Shown here piece by piece: positions 59,351 to 64,000 of a stretch of 64,000 nucleotides of DNA. How positions within the stretch are numbered: the stretch's first letter is position 1; every line of letters starts with the position of its first letter. The DNA is from Rubrivivax sp. (GTDB lineage Bacteria; Pseudomonadota; Gammaproteobacteria; Burkholderiales; Burkholderiaceae_C): the NCBI GenBank assembly GCA_044237995.1, contig JBIIED010000001.1, positions 2,252 through 66,251 of the forward strand, given 5' to 3'. Made by a program: the position numbers and the translations under genes. Below the pieces are notes generated by a model. That model was not told the DNA's origin. It made no database searches and saw nothing but the letters and a program-made list of their open reading frames with translations.

Positions 59351-60967
59351 TCAGTGCCTGAAGTGCCGCACGCCCGTCAGCACCATCGCCACGCCGCGTT
59401 CGTCGGCTGCGGCGATCACCTCGTCGTCGCGCACCGAGCCGCCGGGCTGGATCACGCAGGCTGCGCCTGCTTCGGCCAGCACGTCCAGCCCGTCGCGGAA
59501 GGGGAAGAAGGCATCGCTGGCCACCACCGAGCCCTGCAGCGACAACCCCGCGTTCGTGGCCTTGATCGAGGCGATGCGGGCCGAGTCGATGCGGCTCATC
59601 TGGCCCGCGCCCACGCCAAGTGTCATTCCCCCGCCGCAGAAGACGATGGCATTGCTCTTGACGTACTTGCCCACCGTCCAGGCGAACATCAGGTCGTCGA
59701 GCTGCGTGGGCGTGGGCTTCAGGCGGGTCGGGAAGCGCAGCTCCTCGCGCGCGAGCACGCGGTTGTCGGCTGTCTGGAGCAGCAGGCCCGACCCCACGCG
59801 CTTGGCGTCCATCATGTTGCGGCCGTTGGCCCAGTCGGTGGCCCCGCCCGGAGGCAGCGCGATCTCCAGAAGCCGCACGTTCGCCTTGGAGGCGAAGACC
59901 GCCCGCGCCTCGTCGGTGTAGCCCGGCGCGAGCAGCACCTCCACGAATTGGCGCGACACCGCGGCGGCCGCCGCGCCGTCGACCTCGCGGTTGAAGGCGA
60001 TGATCCCGCCGAAGGCTGAGGTCGGGTCGGTGCGGAAGGCCTTGTCGTAGGCGCTGGCGGGGTCGCTGCCGAGGGCCACGCCGCAGGGGTTGGCGTGCTT
60101 GACGATCACGCAGGCCGTCGCCTCGAAGCTCTTCACGCACTCCCAGGCGGCATCCGCATCGGCGATGTTGTTGTAGCTGAGCTCCTTGCCCTGCAGCTGG
60201 CGCGCCACGGCCAGCGAACCCGGCGCGGGGTAAAGATCTCGGTAGAAGGCAGCCTGCTGGTGCGGGTTCTCGCCGTAGCGAAGGTCCTGCACCTTGATGA
60301 AGCGGCCGTTGCTCTGCCCCGGGAAGGGGCCGCGCGTGCCGTCCTCGCGCAGCGAGGAGAGGTAGTCGCTGATGGCCGCGTCGTAGTTGCTGATCCGGTT
60401 GAAGGCCGCCACCGCCAGCGCAAAGCGCGTGCGCTCGCTCACGCGGCCCTGCGCGTGCAGCTCCTGGAGCACTCCGGCGTACTGCGACGCATCGGTGAGC
60501 ACCGCCACGTCCTTCCAGTTCTTGGCAGCGCTGCGCACCATCGCCGGGCCGCCGATGTCGATGTTCTCGATCGCCTCCTCCAGGGAGCAGCCCGGGCGTG
60601 CCACGGTCTGCTCGAAGGGGTAGAGGTTGACCACGAGCAGGTCGATCGTGCCGATGCCGTGCCGCTCGAGTGCTTCGCGGTGCGCTGCCACGTCGCGCCG
60701 CGCGAGCAGGCCGCCGTGGACCACCGGGTGCAGCGTCTTCACGCGGCCGTCGAGCATCTCCGGAAAGCCGGTGAGCGCAGCCACTTCCGTCACGGGCAAC
60801 CCGGCCTCTGCGAGCAGCCGCGCCGTGCCGCCAGTGGAGACGAGCCGCACGCCCAGCGCGTGCAGGGCGCGCGCGAGATCGGCCACGCCGGTCTTGTCCG
60901 ACACCGACAGCAGCGCCGTCAGGCCGCTGGTGGCGGCGGTGCCCAGGGGGCGGGAGGAGGAGGTCAT
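59351..60967 (-). CDS. purH: Bifunctional AICAR transformylase/IMP cyclohydrolase
   Basis: [52 protein letters not shown]. Confidence 0.98.
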   Translation of the reverse strand: MTSSSRPLGTAATSGLTALLSVSDKTGVADLARALHALGVRLVSTGGTARLLAEAGLPVTEVAALTGFPEMLDGRVKTLHPVVHGGLLARRDVAAHREALERHGIGTIDLLVVNLYPFEQTVARPGCSLEEAIENIDIGGPAMVRSAAKNWKDVAVLTDASQYAGVLQELHAQGRVSERTRFALAVAAFNRISNYDAAISDYLSSLREDGTRGPFPGQSNGRFIKVQDLRYGENPHQQAAFYRDLYPAPGSLAVARQLQGKELSYNNIADADAAWECVKSFEATACVIVKHANPCGVALGSDPASAYDKAFRTDPTSAFGGIIAFNREVDGAAAAAVSRQFVEVLLAPGYTDEARAVFASKANVRLLEIALPPGGATDWANGRNMMDAKRVGSGLLLQTADNRVLAREELRFPTRLKPTPTQLDDLMFAWTVGKYVKSNAIVFCGGGMTLGVGAGQMSRIDSARIASIKATNAGLSLQGSVVASDAFFPFRDGLDVLAEAGAACVIQPGGSVRDDEVIAAADERGVAMVLTGVRHFRH

Positions 60968-61200
60968 TCGAGAAGCCCGTGCTCGCGCAGCTTGCGGTGC
61001 AGCGTGTTGCGGTTGATGCCCAGCCATGCCGCCGCACGGCTCTGGTTGCCCTCGGCGCGCGCCATCACCACTTCCAGCAGGGGGCGCTCGACCGCGTGGA
61101 CGATCATCTCGTGCACGCCGCCGGGCTCGGTGCCGCGCAGGTCCTGGAAGTACTGTTCGAGGGTGCTGCGTATGCAGCGATCGATCTGGGTCTGGCTCAC
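60964..61200 (-). CDS. fis: Fis family nucleoid protein/transcriptional regulator
   Basis: [32 protein letters not shown]; dusB-fis-purH order. Confidence 0.92.
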   Translation of the reverse strand: MSQTQIDRCIRSTLEQYFQDLRGTEPGGVHEMIVHAVERPLLEVVMARAEGNQSRAAAWLGINRNTLHRKLREHGLLE

Positions 61201-61235
61201 GGGGTTTGCAGCGGGGTAGGGTGGGTGCAAGGGCC

Positions 61236-62264
61236 TCAGGCCTGCAGTCGCAGCTGTGGCTCGTTGGCAGCGGGCAGCCGTTCGTGCACGTCGGCCAGCG
61301 CCTCGAAATAGGTGGAGACGGCGGCGAACTGGGCCTCGCAGGTGGCCAGACGGTTCATCGCGTCGCGGAAGGCCTGCGCGCCGGGCAGCTCGCGCACCGC
61401 CCAGCCGATGTGCTTGCGCGCGCTGCGCACGCCCGCGGTCTCGCCGTACAGGCCATAGTGGTCCTGCAGGTGTTCCAGCAGCCACCCCTGCACCTCGCGC
61501 ACGGCAGGCGGCGGCAGCTCCTGCCCGGTGGCCAGGAAGTGGCTGATCTCGCGGAAGATCCAGGGGCGGCCCTGTGCCGCGCGGCCGATCATCAGTGCAT
61601 CGGCGGCCGTGTGGCGCAGCACCTCGCGGGCCTTCCTGGGCGAATCGATGTCGCCATTGGCCACCACCGGGATGCGCAGCGCTGCCTTGACGGCCGCGAT
61701 CGTGTCGTACTCGGCCAGGCCCGCATAGCCCTGCACGCGGGTGCGGCCGTGCACCGTCACCATCGCCACCCCGGCAGACTCGGCCGCGCGCGCCAGCGCC
61801 ACGGCGTTTCGCTCGGTGTCGCAGCGCCCGGTGCGCATCTTCAGCGTCACGGGCACGCCGCGTGGCGCACAGGCGGCCACCACGGCTTGGACGATGCGCA
61901 GCGCCAGCGGCTCGTTGCTCATCAGGGCCGAGCCGGCGAAGACGTTGCAGACCTTCTTGGCCGGGCAGCCCATGTTGATGTCGATGATCTGCGCGCCGCG
62001 GTCGATGTTGTGGCGTGCCGCATCCGCCATCTCCGCGGGATCGACCCCTGCGATCTGCACCGCAATCGGTGCAGGTTCGCCGTCGTGGTTGGCGCGCCGG
62101 CTCGTCTTGAGGCTGTCCCAGAGCTCGCGCCGGGACGTCACCATCTCGCTGACGGCGTAGCCCGCTCCCAGGCGCTTGCAAAGCACCCGGAAGGGCCGGT
62201 CGGTGACGCCGGCCATCGGGGCGACGAAGAGCGCGTTGGGCAGCTCGAACGGACCGATGCGCAT
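61236..62264 (-). CDS. dusB: tRNA-dihydrouridine synthase B
   Basis: [53 protein letters not shown]. Confidence 0.96.
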   Translation of the reverse strand: MRIGPFELPNALFVAPMAGVTDRPFRVLCKRLGAGYAVSEMVTSRRELWDSLKTSRRANHDGEPAPIAVQIAGVDPAEMADAARHNIDRGAQIIDINMGCPAKKVCNVFAGSALMSNEPLALRIVQAVVAACAPRGVPVTLKMRTGRCDTERNAVALARAAESAGVAMVTVHGRTRVQGYAGLAEYDTIAAVKAALRIPVVANGDIDSPRKAREVLRHTAADALMIGRAAQGRPWIFREISHFLATGQELPPPAVREVQGWLLEHLQDHYGLYGETAGVRSARKHIGWAVRELPGAQAFRDAMNRLATCEAQFAAVSTYFEALADVHERLPAANEPQLRLQA

Positions 62265-62346
62265 GGAAGGTGAGCTGCCGCAGTGCTGAAAAAGGAGGCA
62301 AGAGTATAGCCACGCTGGTGCGCGCGTCTGCCTATGATGGAACCCC

Positions 62347-62832
62347 ATGGAAGCCTGGTTGCACGGCCTGCTGGCCACGCTCGCGCTGCCGCGCTACGGG
62401 CTGAGCACCGTCTTCGTCGTGTCGCTGGTTTCGGCCACGCTGCTGCCCATGGGCAGCGAGCCAGCCGTGTTCGGGCTGGTCAAGCTCGACCCGGGCCTGT
62501 TCTGGCCGGCCGTGCTCGTGGCCACGGCCGGCAACACCTGCGGCGGGGGCATCACCTGGTGGATGGGCTACGGTGCCGAGCGCGCCTACGAGCGCTTGGC
62601 CGGTCGCAGATCGGCGCAGGCGCGGGCGTTGGCCTGGCTCGGGCGCTTCGGCCCGAAGGCCTGCCTGCTGAGCTGGCTGCCGGTCGTGGGCGATCCGTTG
62701 TGCGCGGTGGCGGGCTGGCTCCGGCTGCCCTTTTGGCCCTGCCTGCTGTACATGGCGATAGGCAAGTTCGCCCGCTACCTCACCCTGACCGCTGCACTGA
62801 TGTGGGTGTTTCCGGGGCGCATCACCCCGTAG
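62347..62832 (+). CDS. YqaA family (DedA/VTT) membrane protein
   Basis: SATLLPMGSE, GNTCGG, LLSWLPVVGDPL..AGWLR, GKFARY. Confidence 0.9.
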   Translation: MEAWLHGLLATLALPRYGLSTVFVVSLVSATLLPMGSEPAVFGLVKLDPGLFWPAVLVATAGNTCGGGITWWMGYGAERAYERLAGRRSAQARALAWLGRFGPKACLLSWLPVVGDPLCAVAGWLRLPFWPCLLYMAIGKFARYLTLTAALMWVFPGRITP

Positions 62833-62867
62833 GCATCGGGGTGCTCGGGGCTCGGCACAATAGGAGG

Positions 62868-64000
62868 ATGAGCGCAGCCACCCCTGCCTACGACCGCCTC
62901 GAGGCGGTCAACCGCCGCCTCCACCGTCTGGGCCACCTCGGCTCCATCGCCGGCTGGGATCAGGCTTCCCACATGCCTCCCAAGGGCAACGAGGCTCGGT
63001 CGGCCGCCTTGGCCGAACTTGCCGGACTGATGCACGGCCTGCGCACCGATGCCGGCCTGCCCGAGGAGATGGCGCGCGCCGAGCAGGAGCCGCTGGACGA
63101 CGTGCAGCGCGCCAACCTGCGCGAGATCCGGCGCAACTGGGAGCTCGCCAATGCGCTGCCGGCCGAACTCGTGCAGCGTCGCACGCTGGCGGCGCGACGC
63201 TGCGAGCACGCGTGGCGCACCCAGCGCCCGGCCAACGACTGGAAGGGGTTCCTCGGCAATTTTCGTGAGGTGCTGGCCGTGGCGCGCGAGGAGGCTGCGC
63301 TGCTGTCGGCGCGAAGCGGCCTGTCGCGCTACGACGCGCTGATGGACCGCTTCGAGCCAGGCATGCGTGCGCAAACGGTGGCCCGCGTTTTTGGGGATGT
63401 CAGGCAGTGGCTGCCCGGCCTCATCGGCGAGGTCGAGGCGCGGCAGGCCGCCGATCCCGTCATCCAGCCCGTCGGGCCCTTTCCGATCCCGGCCCAGCGC
63501 GCGCTGTGCGAGCGCGTGATGCGGCTGCTGGGCTTCGACTTCGAGGCCGGCCGGCTCGACGTGAGCACCCACCCGTTCTGCGGAGGCGTACCGGAGGATG
63601 TACGCATCACCACGCGCTTTCGCGAAGACGAGTTCCTCTCCAGCCTCATGGGCACGATCCACGAGACCGGCCACGCCCGCTACGAGCAGGGCCTGCCGCG
63701 CGGCTGGCTCGGCCAGCCGGTGGCCGAGGCACGCTCGATGGCGCTGCACGAGAGCCAGTCGCTGAGCTTCGAGATGCAGCTGGCCAGCCACCCCGGCTTC
63801 GTGGCGCTGCTCTCACCCCTGGTGTGCGAGGCCTTCGGCGAGCAGCCGGCCTTCGCGCCGGCCAACCTGCACCGGCTCGTCACGCGCGTGCAGCGCGGCC
63901 TCATCCGCGTGGACGCCGACGAGGTGACCTACCCCGCGCACGTGATCCTGCGCTTCGAGATCGAGCGCCCGCTCATCGAGGGCGACATCGAGCCCGATGA
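62868..64000 (+). CDS. M32 carboxypeptidase (Taq-type), 3'-truncated by the window edge
   Basis: ATG at 62868 with frame open to the end; WDQ..MP, HPF, DVRITTR, IHETGH (HEXXH), HESQS, IRVDADEVTY; missing from the ORF track because there is no stop. Confidence 0.93.
   Translation, partial: MSAATPAYDRLEAVNRRLHRLGHLGSIAGWDQASHMPPKGNEARSAALAELAGLMHGLRTDAGLPEEMARAEQEPLDDVQRANLREIRRNWELANALPAELVQRRTLAARRCEHAWRTQRPANDWKGFLGNFREVLAVAREEAALLSARSGLSRYDALMDRFEPGMRAQTVARVFGDVRQWLPGLIGEVEARQAADPVIQPVGPFPIPAQRALCERVMRLLGFDFEAGRLDVSTHPFCGGVPEDVRITTRFREDEFLSSLMGTIHETGHARYEQGLPRGWLGQPVAEARSMALHESQSLSFEMQLASHPGFVALLSPLVCEAFGEQPAFAPANLHRLVTRVQRGLIRVDADEVTYPAHVILRFEIERPLIEGDIEPD

Noticed and set aside
58716-61037. 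773-aa ORF suggesting a long RuvC fusion or a purH-ruvC frameshift
   Set aside because: The N-terminal part is an off-frame reading of purH; purH has its own stop and RuvC begins at MRILGIDPG (59264)

Overview
High-GC betaproteobacterial chromosome segment (Burkholderiales; gene order and protein style suggest a Rubrivivax/Sphaerotilaceae-like organism, which is inference). The housekeeping content is an SDR, an acyl-CoA thioesterase, an Atm1-type ABC exporter, pyrC, htpX, RNase P RNA, a Bcr/CflA MFS pump, the dcw cluster (mraZ to ftsZ, then lpxC), moeB, ruvC, purH, fis, dusB, a YqaA protein and an M32 carboxypeptidase. Two accessory blocks stand out. (1) At 4.35-23.4 kb a CHASE2 adenylate cyclase lies head-to-head with TpsB, a ~4,400-aa HMW1/CdrA-type TpsA carrying ten tandem 270-bp YDG repeats, and an overlapping periplasmic double-FecR protein. 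TpsA and the FecR protein each end in an apparently unpaired Cys, suggesting an adhesin-to-cAMP trans-envelope signalling module. (2) At 45.6-56.8 kb an 11-kb island splits ftsZ from lpxC. It encodes an isoxanthopterin-deaminase-like amidohydrolase, a creatininase-family enzyme, an Arg-less Rid protein, an NMT1/THI5-type ABC importer, two paralogous FAD oxidoreductases, a BVMO and a Rieske oxygenase, with sigma54 promoters and NtrC-like enhancers; this is probably pteridine/purine nitrogen scavenging. No tRNA, rRNA, CRISPR array, integrase or transposase was seen. All family assignments come from motif recognition by eye, not database searches.
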